Virus record (IMG/VR): IMGVR_UViG_3300036975_000075
Span: 1 to 43,926 of that record
Strand: one strand, 5' to 3'
Source of the DNA: a virus
Taxonomy: Duplodnaviria > Caudoviricetes
Length of the DNA stretch: 43,926 nucleotides
Part shown: one piece after another, positions 17,057 through 26,699 of the stretch
Numbering within the stretch: the stretch's first letter is position 1
How the letters are laid out: each line of letters starts with the position of its first letter
Translations under genes and position numbers: made by a program
Notes under the pieces: generated by a model
Told to the model about the DNA's origin: nothing
Databases searched by the model: none
Seen by the model: only the letters and a program-made list of their open reading frames with translations

Positions 17057-19870
17057 TTATTTGTGTTTTTTTAACATTAGAAAAGACGCCGCGGCAACAT
17101 AGCCGCCGACAGGAATATATGTATCGCTTTGGTCCGCAATCGCCGCCGCTTCAATCGTTAATTGCTCTATCATAGTTTGGATATCTGAAATAGATATTTC
17201 ACCCTCTGCTGTGACCGTAAGTCCCTGCTCAATCATAGCCTGAATGTCGGTCACAGAAATCTCACCATCGGTCGATACCGTCACCTGCTCAACGCAATTG
17301 TGAGTATCTGTTACCGCCGCCTGACCGGCCGCCTGGGCCGTTACAACCTCAAGGGGAGCCAGAGTATCCGTCGCCGAGGATGCCCCATCTGCTGTAATCG
17401 TCAGTCCCTGCTCGACCATCCCCTGAACATCGGTCACAGAAACCTCGCCATCGGCCGACACCGTTATCTGGTCAATGCCGGTATGAACATCCGTTATTGC
17501 CGCCTGACCGTCCGCCTGGGCCGTTATAACCTCACTATAAACATAATAATCCGTTATGCTTGAAACCCCCTCCGCACTTATTGATAGCCCCTGCTCGACC
17601 ATAGCCTGAACATCGGTCACAGAAACCTCACCATCGGCTAATACCGTTACCTGGTCAACGCAGGCATGAACATCTGTTGTCGAGGCCTGACCATCTGCCT
17701 GGACTGTTATCGTTTCGCTATAGACATAATAATCAGTTACCGCCGAAACCCCCTCCGTATTTATTGATAGTCCCTGCTCGACCATCGCCTGAATATCGGT
17801 CAATGAAACCTCGCTATCGGCCGATACCGTTACCTGTTCAACGCCTGCATGAACATCCGTTACCGCCGCCTGACCGGCCGCCTGGGCCGTTATCTGCTCA
17901 ACACCTGTATGAACATCACTTATTGAAGCCTGACCTGAAGCCGAAACCGTTAAGCCTGTTTCAATATACGTTGCCGCCTCGTCCCAGGTCAAATTGGAAG
18001 CATAATATCTTACCTGGTAAGCTGTCGGCGGGCCATCTTCCTGCTCATCCGACCAGATAAAACCATATCCAGTTTTTGCCCTGTTTGTTCTTACATCGTT
18101 TATTTGAGGCCACTGGGCATGAATGAAACAAGGCATTATACTATCATGGTTCGGCGTCATTGCCTGACCGCTTGACCATGAATCGGTGTAGGTGTAATAG
18201 TATATGAAGTAACCGGTTCCCGGAGGCCCTCCAATAATCAACGGGCAGGATAAAAGATGTATTTGTCCTGTACTGTCAATGGCAATATCGGTGTCGCTAT
18301 GACCGCTAAAACCAGCACCATCATGTACCGTTTCAGGCGATTGCCATGAGCCGGTATTTCGGACAATTTTCAAAGCCGAATAACAAAAACCAACATATAA
18401 ATAATCATTATCGTCAATAGCAAAACTCATATAAGGCTGAGCGGCACAATCGCAGACATTCTCAACTGTTTGCCATGAGCCATTATTAAGAAGATGTCTG
18501 ATTTGGTCTTGAGACTCCGAACCTGAATGTTTACCGCTAAATGCTATATGGATGTAATCATTATTGTCTATGGCAATACAGGGGGTATTTTGGTTGTAAT
18601 TTCCGGAAGTAAGATTTTCAATTGCCTGCCATGAGCCGTTATTGTAAGTATATCGGATTTGAGAATAAGTTGTCGAACCTGAATGTTTACCAAACCATGA
18701 AACGTGCAGAACATCATTACTATCAACCGCAATAGAAGGAGAATTTTGATAATAACTGCTGTCACTTGTTATTTCCGTTATTCCGGACCACGACTCTCCA
18801 TCGTAGTACATATAACGAATCTGGGCGTTTGTCGAACTGGAAGCCGTCCTTCCTTCCCAGACTACATGAAGGGTATCATCGCTTTTAACTTCTAATGCAG
18901 CATTTTTCTGGGTATATATACCCGTAGTAAGCTGTTCAGCCGACCATGTCTGACCACCGTCACTCGATTCTGCATGAAAGATTTGCTGTCCATCCTCATC
19001 GTCTTTTGCATATACACAATGAAGATGTCCATCGGATGTTCTCTTTATATGTCTTTGATTGGAAAACTCGGTCGAATCATTCGATACATCGTCATCGACA
19101 AGATAGCCCAAACGTCCCGATGTGCTCGCCGCCAGCAGGGAAATCTCATCCCGCTCAAACATGCAGAACGGATTTCCATAAAGATGTGCAATCTCAAAAA
19201 CAGTAAGAGCACGAGTATGTATTAATAAATGGTCAATTTCGCCAAGCCAGCAGCGAAGATTATCAGGAGCTTCGCCTATTCTGACATCAGTTGCCTGCTC
19301 ACTCAGATTACTTGAATCCGAGCCACCGGCAACCTCGACACCATCCTGAAACAATCTTAGATAACCATTTCTCCTTGTAGCAACTACATGATGCCATTCA
19401 TCCAAAGTAAATGAACCCGCCGGGGCTTTAAGGTTAATATTGCCTGCATCGCCATAAAACCCTAATTGCTTGTCTTCAGGAGTTGTGGCGTGATAAACAC
19501 GGAACATCCATTCACCGGAGCTGGCATCGCCTCTTGAAATGATACATGGATTAGCATCTGAAACACTTGAGCTTAATCTAACCCAGGCGGCTATCGTAAA
19601 ATCACCTGTTCCGAATGCCGGTATATCATTGCCAAGATTTACATAATCATTATCCCCACCAATGTATATAGCAGGACCGAACTTACCGGATACCCATGAA
19701 ACATCGTTGTTAAACGTTCCGTGATTGCCGTTACCGCTTAAATCATGGACTGTGCTTCCCGCTCTTTCATTCATCACCAAGTCGCAGACGAGGCCTTTCT
19801 TAGACCAATGGTCGTCAGGCCTTAATTGTATGCCGGTAACAGGTTTTTGTGTATTGTGGCGAGTAAACAT
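17057..19870 (-). CDS. Large adhesin/fibre: LamG domain, beta-propeller-like repeats and a repetitive C-terminal stalk
   Basis: DLSGNGNHG..WHHVVAT (LamG); SSDGGQTW Asp-box; repeated IAIDxND-LHV blades; about 20-aa tandem repeats. Confidence 0.85.
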   Translation of the reverse strand: MFTRHNTQKPVTGIQLRPDDHWSKKGLVCDLVMNERAGSTVHDLSGNGNHGTFNNDVSWVSGKFGPAIYIGGDNDYVNLGNDIPAFGTGDFTIAAWVRLSSSVSDANPCIISRGDASSGEWMFRVYHATTPEDKQLGFYGDAGNINLKAPAGSFTLDEWHHVVATRRNGYLRLFQDGVEVAGGSDSSNLSEQATDVRIGEAPDNLRCWLGEIDHLLIHTRALTVFEIAHLYGNPFCMFERDEISLLAASTSGRLGYLVDDDVSNDSTEFSNQRHIKRTSDGHLHCVYAKDDEDGQQIFHAESSDGGQTWSAEQLTTGIYTQKNAALEVKSDDTLHVVWEGRTASSSTNAQIRYMYYDGESWSGITEITSDSSYYQNSPSIAVDSNDVLHVSWFGKHSGSTTYSQIRYTYNNGSWQAIENLTSGNYNQNTPCIAIDNNDYIHIAFSGKHSGSESQDQIRHLLNNGSWQTVENVCDCAAQPYMSFAIDDNDYLYVGFCYSALKIVRNTGSWQSPETVHDGAGFSGHSDTDIAIDSTGQIHLLSCPLIIGGPPGTGYFIYYYTYTDSWSSGQAMTPNHDSIMPCFIHAQWPQINDVRTNRAKTGYGFIWSDEQEDGPPTAYQVRYYASNLTWDEAATYIETGLTVSASGQASISDVHTGVEQITAQAAGQAAVTDVHAGVEQVTVSADSEVSLTDIQAMVEQGLSINTEGVSAVTDYYVYSETITVQADGQASTTDVHACVDQVTVLADGEVSVTDVQAMVEQGLSISAEGVSSITDYYVYSEVITAQADGQAAITDVHTGIDQITVSADGEVSVTDVQGMVEQGLTITADGASSATDTLAPLEVVTAQAAGQAAVTDTHNCVEQVTVSTDGEISVTDIQAMIEQGLTVTAEGEISISDIQTMIEQLTIEAAAIADQSDTYIPVGGYVAAASFLMLKKHK
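17120..17960 (-). repeat. Coding tandem repeats (about 60-63 nt units, about 183 nt higher-order period)
   Basis: EQVTVSADGEVSVTDVQAMV / EQGLSISAEGVSSITDYYVYS / EVITAQADGQAAITDVHTGI recur. Confidence 0.85.
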
Positions 19871-19879
19871 TATTGTACT

Positions 19880-20473
19880 TTATTGTACTTCATAAACTAA
19901 CGGCATTAATACCACATGTGATTCAACGGCATCGGCCTCGAACGCATCGCCGGATTCATTCTTAACGATTAGCTGCCCATAACGGGTAGGTGGTGAGAAT
20001 GTACCTACAAAACCAGTCTGCACACCGCCATCGGCATGGACCGGCATACTGCCGATATAAATACATAGTTTTACAAATTCGGCCAATGTTATGCTGTTCA
20101 ACGCACCGTCCGGACAGGCTGCATCTGCTCCTGAATTTCCTGCGACATTACCATTTGCCGCCGTACCTGATGTTGAAGGCGCCCAATAAAACTCGACAAC
20201 CTCGCCATCCGTCGGGGTTTCTCCGGTAAAATCGAGTGACGCCATAACATTATAATATGCTGCCCTGGCAGCTCCTAAATCAGCCTTTTCGGATTGTCTG
20301 GCGGCACCATCTGCCAGTGCATCTAAATCCAAATCGACATCGACGGTATCAGTACCGATATCATCGGTTAGGTTGGTTGCATCGTCCGCAGGATCTAATT
20401 CCCCATCTACTCCAAATACGATAGGACTAAGACTACTTCCCGCCACATCCTGAATTAATACTTCGTTTGCCAT
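19880..20473 (-). CDS. Putative virion protein (acidic)
   Basis: 197 aa, GAGGT RBS, structural operon. Confidence 0.7.
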   Translation of the reverse strand: MANEVLIQDVAGSSLSPIVFGVDGELDPADDATNLTDDIGTDTVDVDLDLDALADGAARQSEKADLGAARAAYYNVMASLDFTGETPTDGEVVEFYWAPSTSGTAANGNVAGNSGADAACPDGALNSITLAEFVKLCIYIGSMPVHADGGVQTGFVGTFSPPTRYGQLIVKNESGDAFEADAVESHVVLMPLVYEVQ

Positions 20474-20481
20474 TTTTTACC

Positions 20482-20928
20482 TCATGCAAAACTGATTTCT
20501 AATTGTTTAAGATGCTCGATCCGCCAGGTTTTCAGACCCTCGAACAGTTTTTCTATTTGTTTCGATTGATCGTCGCTGCATCCTTTATCACCCGGCAGTA
20601 AAAGCAGCTTTTTATTCAGCTCACGCGCTGACTCTTTAATCCTGTCAATTATCGATTTCGAATGAATGCCGTAATTCGTCCGGTTTTTTTCTTCGTCCAT
20701 CTCCGGCTTATCTACATCTTCCAGCTTGTACCAGAGCCGCTCGCCGAAGCTCTTTCGGATTTCGCCGATATACTGTACCTGGACGAAGCTGAATCCTTCA
20801 AGGGCATTATCAATTGCCTTTGTTTGTGATTCGGAGAACTGCCGGAGATTTTGCAGATACAACAGTATGCCCGTTATCTCCGCAAAATCCCGGCGGATCT
20901 CCTGTAATATTTCAATTGAAGTAGCCAT
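20482..20928 (-). CDS. Hypothetical helical protein
   Basis: 148 aa directly after the capsid gene. Confidence 0.65.
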   Translation of the reverse strand: MATSIEILQEIRRDFAEITGILLYLQNLRQFSESQTKAIDNALEGFSFVQVQYIGEIRKSFGERLWYKLEDVDKPEMDEEKNRTNYGIHSKSIIDRIKESARELNKKLLLLPGDKGCSDDQSKQIEKLFEGLKTWRIEHLKQLEISFA

Positions 20929-20934
20929 CGGATT

Positions 20935-21885
20935 TTAGGCATCGACTTTCAGCAGGTGCCCGAAATAAGCATCGAAAATCCATTCGTATGAAAAGTCACG
21001 AACCCTGAAAATATCGCTTTCGGTCTGCTCTTCGCGATATTGTATTACTTTATCGCGGCCGTTCTGGATTCCGTTCCATTCCACAATTCTTCCAAGACCG
21101 GGTGTCGCCCTGCCGCCTGTGTGCCTTTTGTAAATCAAAGCGTAATCATCAGTCCATATCTGACCGCTTGAATAGTCCTGGCCCTCGGCAGCGCTGTCAT
21201 AACCGGCCCAGCCGACTATCAGATTGGTCAGCCCGAATATGGCTGTTAGATTGGCTTCGAGCATCGCCCTTGTAATAGCGGCGGCGCCGGGGAACCTGGC
21301 CAGTATGGCCGTATTTAAAAGAAGATTTTCGAGAGTCGGCCGGCCGATTAGCATTGTATCCGGCAGAACACCCGTATTTGCCAATACCTTATTGATTGCC
21401 GCGGTGATATGACCGATTGCATCCGAGGCGATATTATCCCACGGAGTGCCGCTTCTATCTGTGTAAAGGTCCGCACCCGTAAAGGTTGTCGTATTGAACA
21501 TGGCATCCTTAACTCGAATCTCTCGCTCGATATGCATCTTACGTGTCAACGATTGAACGGATTCGTACTCCGCATCGTAATCGGTCTCGTAAGTAGCCCT
21601 GTCCTCATCGGTCAGCGGAATTTCCAGGCCGTGGTCCTTGCATGCGTAGGACTTATCTTCTGAAATCAGACTTATACGATTGAACGCCCCACCGTTTGCA
21701 TGGTTACTATCCGCCCTCTTTAAGTTCTCACGGGTAATCACTCCCATTGTCGCTGCCTTCTTACCGACCGGAATTGGAGGCAGTGCTATTTCACCGACAA
21801 AACCATCGGCGGCCGGATCGTATTCGTGAAATGCGACACCAAGATCTTCTCTTGGCACGCTTCTTGTAGATTGCTGAATAGGCAT
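20935..21885 (-). CDS. Major capsid protein (lambda gpE-like)
   Basis: 316 aa, strong AAGGAG RBS; YREEQTESDIFRVR C-terminal motif; synteny. Confidence 0.9.
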   Translation of the reverse strand: MPIQQSTRSVPREDLGVAFHEYDPAADGFVGEIALPPIPVGKKAATMGVITRENLKRADSNHANGGAFNRISLISEDKSYACKDHGLEIPLTDEDRATYETDYDAEYESVQSLTRKMHIEREIRVKDAMFNTTTFTGADLYTDRSGTPWDNIASDAIGHITAAINKVLANTGVLPDTMLIGRPTLENLLLNTAILARFPGAAAITRAMLEANLTAIFGLTNLIVGWAGYDSAAEGQDYSSGQIWTDDYALIYKRHTGGRATPGLGRIVEWNGIQNGRDKVIQYREEQTESDIFRVRDFSYEWIFDAYFGHLLKVDA

Positions 21886-21891
21886 TTTTTA

Positions 21892-21996
21892 TCTCCTTAC
21901 ATTTGATTTTTACTCCGTTCCGAGTAAGGAGAGTTCCGAGAAAAATATTCGGGCAGGCGGCTCGGTCCGCTTTTCGGGGGCTACCCTATCCCGAAT
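21892..21996 (-). promoter_or_regulatory. Structured capsid leader with anti-SD stem
   Basis: TCTCCTTAC (21924-21932) pairs with the capsid SD GTAAGGAGA (21892-21900); upstream ATTCGGG/CCCGAAT multi-stem. Confidence 0.6.
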
Positions 21997-22012
21997 TTGA
22001 ATTCAGATATTT

Positions 22013-23140
22013 TTATGCTACAATAGATTCTGAATGATCGCCTGCGAGATCATCCGTATCCAGGGCGGCAAAGGTACCGGAAGCGTCACTATAACAACAA
22101 ACAGCTGTAATGGTCTGTGAAGAATGCCCGCCGCTTACAGCTTCGTGCTTGACAATACATCTTATCAGCCTGACATTGGAAGCAATATCATCGGTACTTG
22201 TCGCAAGGCCGCCTTGAAGATTTACCCCGGTAATATATAATCTGTCACCGGCGTCTTTGGTTTCCATATAGACCTGGCCTTCAACTCCACCGTTATCACC
22301 ATCCCAGTAAATTCTGATAGCATTCGATGTATCACCGTGAGTGGTTGTAATCATCTTGTCGCTCGATGAACCGTCACCACCGACATTTCGCAAATAACAA
22401 TTGAGTTTTTTCGTCATAGATGTATTATCGAGCTTGATACCATCCTGGCCGGAAACTCCATGATCGATATAGATATTTTCAATCCACATCTCGAATGTAG
22501 CCGATTGAGCACCCGGGGCTACGCTTACAACTTCATCAGCCGTATCTGCCGCTGCAATGATTGTCTGATATTGATTGCCAAGACCGATAAGTTTTACACC
22601 GGTTATCGTCGGCCAGTCAACTGCCGCAGCTTCGGTATAAGTTCCTGGAGCCACAAATATGGTTTTTCGCGAGGAAGTAACCAAACTCATAGCCTGAGTA
22701 ATTGTTGCTACCGGATTCGTAAGATATCCATCTGCATTATCATCGCCATTGGGTGTAACGTAAATATGTCCTGAATCTCCGTAAGTTGCCGATACATCCG
22801 GCAGGATTTCTATAATATCCCCATCCGCCGTTGCTGTTTCTAGGGCAGTTCCGACAAGTGTGATACCGGAGGATGATATTTTACCATCATCGGCTGCAAA
22901 TACCGAATTGCCCGCAGTTACGGCACCATCGGTCATCATCTTTGAAGTACCGCCGGCATTATCAAGTTTTATGGAGGCGTTCGGGTCCTCGGAATAATCA
23001 ACCGCAGCCTGCACGACACCGATACCACGATCTCCGCTATCAGCGTAAACAACAGTAGAACCGGATATTTTTACCCTTCGAAACGCAACTAAATCTTCCG
23101 CAGCCTGAAAGGTCTTTGGACTTTCTGATTGTTGACTCAT
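22013..23140 (-). CDS. Capsid decoration/cement protein (DUF2190-like) fused to a beta-helix-like domain
   Basis: N-terminal ..GTALETATADGDIIEIL; then IYVTPNGDD..NPVATITQA..IFVAPGTYTE, typical of pectin-lyase-fold caps. Confidence 0.78.
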   Translation of the reverse strand: MSQQSESPKTFQAAEDLVAFRRVKISGSTVVYADSGDRGIGVVQAAVDYSEDPNASIKLDNAGGTSKMMTDGAVTAGNSVFAADDGKISSSGITLVGTALETATADGDIIEILPDVSATYGDSGHIYVTPNGDDNADGYLTNPVATITQAMSLVTSSRKTIFVAPGTYTEAAAVDWPTITGVKLIGLGNQYQTIIAAADTADEVVSVAPGAQSATFEMWIENIYIDHGVSGQDGIKLDNTSMTKKLNCYLRNVGGDGSSSDKMITTTHGDTSNAIRIYWDGDNGGVEGQVYMETKDAGDRLYITGVNLQGGLATSTDDIASNVRLIRCIVKHEAVSGGHSSQTITAVCCYSDASGTFAALDTDDLAGDHSESIVA

Positions 23141-23238
23141 TTTTATATCTCCTAAATATATTTTTATTTCAATTTTTATTTTCGCACCCGCGTTTATCTT
23201 TATTTCAAAGCTGCGGGAGATTACAAAAACTGTTCGAT

Positions 23239-24513
23239 TTACAGTCCCAGTGACTGCTTATATGCCTTATGAAGTTCCGGTCTTTCCTTGGCAAGTTTCT
23301 TATAAGCCTGGCCCAAAGGAATCTTTTCTTCCTTCGCCATTTTCTTGCCGAGCGATACAAAATTTTCACCGTCAGCCGCAGCGGTTGAATCGACGGATTT
23401 CAGAGGGTCGGCACCGATGTTCTCTTTTTCGGTCAGTTTCTTTTGAAGCACATCGGCGTAAGCGGCCTTTGCCTCTATCAAGGAAACTCCCGCCTCGAAC
23501 TGCTCGATTGCAAATTCCAGATCGTCCGGGAAAGCTTTCTTTAATTCCGAAAGCCTCCCCCTTTCTTCAAGCTGAATTTTTTCCTGTTCAGCTATTTTCT
23601 TTTGAGCAGCAAGCTCGGCTTTTTCTTTTTCGATTTTTTCCTGCTCTGCTTTGTTCTCATTGGTATCCATAACGGAATCTCCTGAATTGTTATTATTATT
23701 GTTTTCTTTAACTATAACCGTATCGATAAGGCCCAGCTCGCGGGCCTTTTCCGCCACCCATAACCGGCCGGTCGCCAGCTTTTTTATTGTCTCTGCGCTT
23801 TTGTTTCTGCCGGCGGCCACAGAATCGACAAATTGAGCGGCAAGGTCGTCTATTATTTCCTGAACGGCCGCTTTTTGATTGTCGGTAATCGTATCCATTC
23901 CCATCCCTTTATGCTCGCCGCTTCGAATGACAACCGCCTTGATCCCTGCTTTCTCCTCCCATCCCGTCCAGTCGTAATAAACCGAATAAACACCGATCGA
24001 GCCTATCTCCGCGACCCTGCCCGCTGAAATCGATTGTGCCTGTGATGTGAGCCAGTATGCCCCGCTTGCCGAAAGGTCCTCAACTATGGCCGTCACCGGC
24101 TTGCTTTGCCTGGCGTTGTAAATGGCATCGGCCGCCTCCGTTACCCCCGCCACCATGCCGCCCGGACTGGAAACTACAAGCTCGATGGCTGAAATTTTGC
24201 TGTCATTGACGGCCTCTTCGATTTGCTCGGTTATTTCATCATAACCGGTGATATTGAATCCCCACAATCTAAGCCAGCCGGGAACGCTCTTGAGTAGGAC
24301 ACCGCTGATCTTTATTTTCGCGACTCCATCAACGACTTGTAAAGTCTTTTTAGGCATATCGACGCTGACCGAAGTGATTAAACTCACCGATGAAAGTTTC
24401 GATATCTTTTCAATGAACGCTTTTAATGCGGTCGGCTCCATCACCCATTTATGGTTCTGCATCTCGGTTAATATCGCCTCATTCATCTGTTTGCCCCTTA
24501 TCTGTATCTTCAT
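23239..24513 (-). CDS. S49 prohead protease/scaffold (lambda gpC-like)
   Basis: SSPGG, ASGAYWL and IGSIGV motifs; coiled C terminus; likely start MNEAIL at 24486. Confidence 0.92.
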   Translation of the reverse strand: MKIQIRGKQMNEAILTEMQNHKWVMEPTALKAFIEKISKLSSVSLITSVSVDMPKKTLQVVDGVAKIKISGVLLKSVPGWLRLWGFNITGYDEITEQIEEAVNDSKISAIELVVSSPGGMVAGVTEAADAIYNARQSKPVTAIVEDLSASGAYWLTSQAQSISAGRVAEIGSIGVYSVYYDWTGWEEKAGIKAVVIRSGEHKGMGMDTITDNQKAAVQEIIDDLAAQFVDSVAAGRNKSAETIKKLATGRLWVAEKARELGLIDTVIVKENNNNNNSGDSVMDTNENKAEQEKIEKEKAELAAQKKIAEQEKIQLEERGRLSELKKAFPDDLEFAIEQFEAGVSLIEAKAAYADVLQKKLTEKENIGADPLKSVDSTAAADGENFVSLGKKMAKEEKIPLGQAYKKLAKERPELHKAYKQSLGL

Positions 24514-25996
24514 CTATCTCGGATCCATCCGCCGGCTGTTTTGCTTTTTTGGCCTCACTGTTCTTTTCGTTTGCCAGCCCGGCGAAAAGCTTCCAGTCAA
24601 CATCGATACCGGTTTTTGTTTTAATGTCACCGGCTATCTCTATCGCCTCTATAACCTCTTTTTTTCTGCCCTCGATTACATCGTCCCTGTCCTGACCTCG
24701 GCTCTTGCAGGCCTCCGAATGAGTCATTAACGCCCGGTCTATCATCATACCCTTGGCCTGGCATTCCTTGAGCTGGTCTATCCATGGGAAGGTCGGTTTT
24801 ATCCAGGAATATGGAATTTCTTTGCGGTTGCCCAAAAGGCCGGAGTTTTTCCATCCCTGAAGTTTCCATTCGAAGGCCGGTGTATAATAAAAGCCTTCCA
24901 GCTTGCTCTGCCATTTGATAAAAGACTGAAACGCCTGCTCTAATACCGCCCGGCTCTGCGAATAATTACTATTCGTCCAGTCCAGAAGGATTATTTCAAG
25001 GGGCAGCCCCAGCGGCAGGCCCAGCAGTCTTAAAAACAATTTTAATGAGTCACCAAAATTCTTGCCGGGGATATTGTGCTCAATCCCTTCTATCTTCTCG
25101 CCCGGCCGGGCGTGGAACATAAGGGCATATTCAAGCTCTATCAGCCGCGAGCCCAACTGGCCGGTGGTATCAGTTCCCGATTTTTTAGGATCTTCCTTGC
25201 TTTCTATAAATGCCCTTTGGTCCGCGTTCTCACGAGTGACGGCGACCGCCAGCCTGCTCAGAAGCTGCATCGCAATCGCTTCCGAATCGCAGACATCATT
25301 AATCCTGTGCAGCATTGCAAATACACTTTGGCAGGCAGGCACACCCCGCGTAGAGCTTGGCCTGTCCGGATTCGTCATAAAAAGAAAATCCCCCGGGTCA
25401 ATCTTTCTCGACGTTGTCGTATTGAGATATCCGTGGTCGTTATAGCCGCTTACCCAGTATCCGGTCGGAACTCCGAACATATTTTTGTCGATACCGTCTT
25501 TGGACTGGTTTCCGCCGTTTATTTGCTCGGCCTCAATCAATTGCAAAACGCCTTTATTGGTTTTTATAGCACCGATGTCACCGCAAATTATGGCCTCTCT
25601 GAGGAACATCTGTGCCGTTTCGAATCCCAGAAGCAGTCCCCTGATTTCAGGCTTGAAATTCCAGGAGTTCCAAAAACCCTCCAGTTTTTTATTGAAATTA
25701 GTATTATCGGTTTTGACCTGAAGCGTGAATCCTGATCCTACCATATAATCGATGGCACGATCTATCATACCCTTATATAAACCGTTATCGCGGTAGAAGG
25801 TCCTGCTCTGGTTGATAAGTCTCGGCCGGTCGTACCTGCTGTGGGCATCGCCTGAGCCTCCGGAATAGCCGCGGCCCTCCCTCTCCGCAATCGAAGCCGA
25901 CCGAAAACCAAGTGCCGTATATCTGCCGAACTGGCCCTCGATGGTAATCTTATCGTGCCCTGTATCTTCTCTTTTTGGCGTTCTTACGGCGGGCAT
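24479..25996 (-). CDS. Portal protein, lambda family
   Basis: 505 aa; NYSQSRA and PWIDQLKE motifs. Confidence 0.92.
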   Translation of the reverse strand: MPAVRTPKREDTGHDKITIEGQFGRYTALGFRSASIAEREGRGYSGGSGDAHSRYDRPRLINQSRTFYRDNGLYKGMIDRAIDYMVGSGFTLQVKTDNTNFNKKLEGFWNSWNFKPEIRGLLLGFETAQMFLREAIICGDIGAIKTNKGVLQLIEAEQINGGNQSKDGIDKNMFGVPTGYWVSGYNDHGYLNTTTSRKIDPGDFLFMTNPDRPSSTRGVPACQSVFAMLHRINDVCDSEAIAMQLLSRLAVAVTRENADQRAFIESKEDPKKSGTDTTGQLGSRLIELEYALMFHARPGEKIEGIEHNIPGKNFGDSLKLFLRLLGLPLGLPLEIILLDWTNSNYSQSRAVLEQAFQSFIKWQSKLEGFYYTPAFEWKLQGWKNSGLLGNRKEIPYSWIKPTFPWIDQLKECQAKGMMIDRALMTHSEACKSRGQDRDDVIEGRKKEVIEAIEIAGDIKTKTGIDVDWKLFAGLANEKNSEAKKAKQPADGSEIDEDTDKGQTDE

Positions 25997-26265
25997 TAAA
26001 TCAGCATCCTTCCCTGAGTGAAGCTTGTTCTTTCAACGGTCGTAGTGGAGCTTCCGAGGTAATCTTCTATTTTTTTGGCCTGGTCTTTGAGCGATTCGTA
26101 GTCCATCGATTGCGATTCCTCGGCTATCCTCAGCGGCCTGTTTGCGAGAATAAATCTTATCGCCTCGAGAGCCTTTTGTGCCTTTGTAAAATCGCCCTCC
26201 CAGAGAAGATTATCGTTTAATTGACCGATCGCATCGCTTAATTTTGATGAGCTGGTTAGTGACAT
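25996..26265 (-). CDS. Head completion protein (gpW-like position)
   Basis: 89 aa directly upstream of portal. Confidence 0.6.
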   Translation of the reverse strand: MSLTSSSKLSDAIGQLNDNLLWEGDFTKAQKALEAIRFILANRPLRIAEESQSMDYESLKDQAKKIEDYLGSSTTTVERTSFTQGRMLI

Positions 26266-26286
26266 ATTTCAAACCTTTCGTCGGGG

Positions 26287-26392
26287 CAAATAAAAAACGG
26301 CGAGCTGGTGTTGGCTGCCAACTCGCCGTTTAATATTCTTAACAATAGCCGCCCGTCGGCGGCCGATTGATCGCCCTTTTATTCAATTGTCA
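26287..26392 (-). promoter_or_regulatory. Structured late leader with terminator-like hairpin
   Basis: TGACAATTGAATA, GCCGCC/GGCGGC hairpin, then AAACGGCGAG..CTCGCCGTTTTTT. Confidence 0.6.
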
Positions 26393-26485
26393 GTATTAAA
26401 TTTCCTAAAATTACGGTTATTAAACAATAAAAAAAACCGCTAAAACCGGGATTTTGCCTAAAGTTTTTCCAAGTTTGGAAAAATA

Positions 26486-26686
26486 TTATACTTTTTTGCC
26501 GTCAATGCTATATCTGTGCCGGCAAACGGCTCTCTGGCACTGCCTGTATTGCCTGCCGATTGTTATATTCGTATTGCGACAAATCGTATCTGTAGAACCG
26601 CATCGCGGGCATTTACTAACCGTAGGAAACGACCAAAGCTTTTGCGGTTTTTTGGCTGTTTTTTTCTGGCCTTTTTTCTTCGACAT
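26486..26686 (-). CDS. Ogr/Delta-like zinc-finger protein
   Basis: CPRCGS..RQYRQCQRAVCRHRY. Confidence 0.72.
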   Translation of the reverse strand: MSKKKGQKKTAKKPQKLWSFPTVSKCPRCGSTDTICRNTNITIGRQYRQCQRAVCRHRYSIDGKKV

Positions 26687-26699
26687 AACAAAATCCTTT

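Noticed and set aside
17057-19870. Diversity-generating retroelement target
   Set aside because: No reverse transcriptase; repeats are in-frame coding tandem units without adenine-specific differences.
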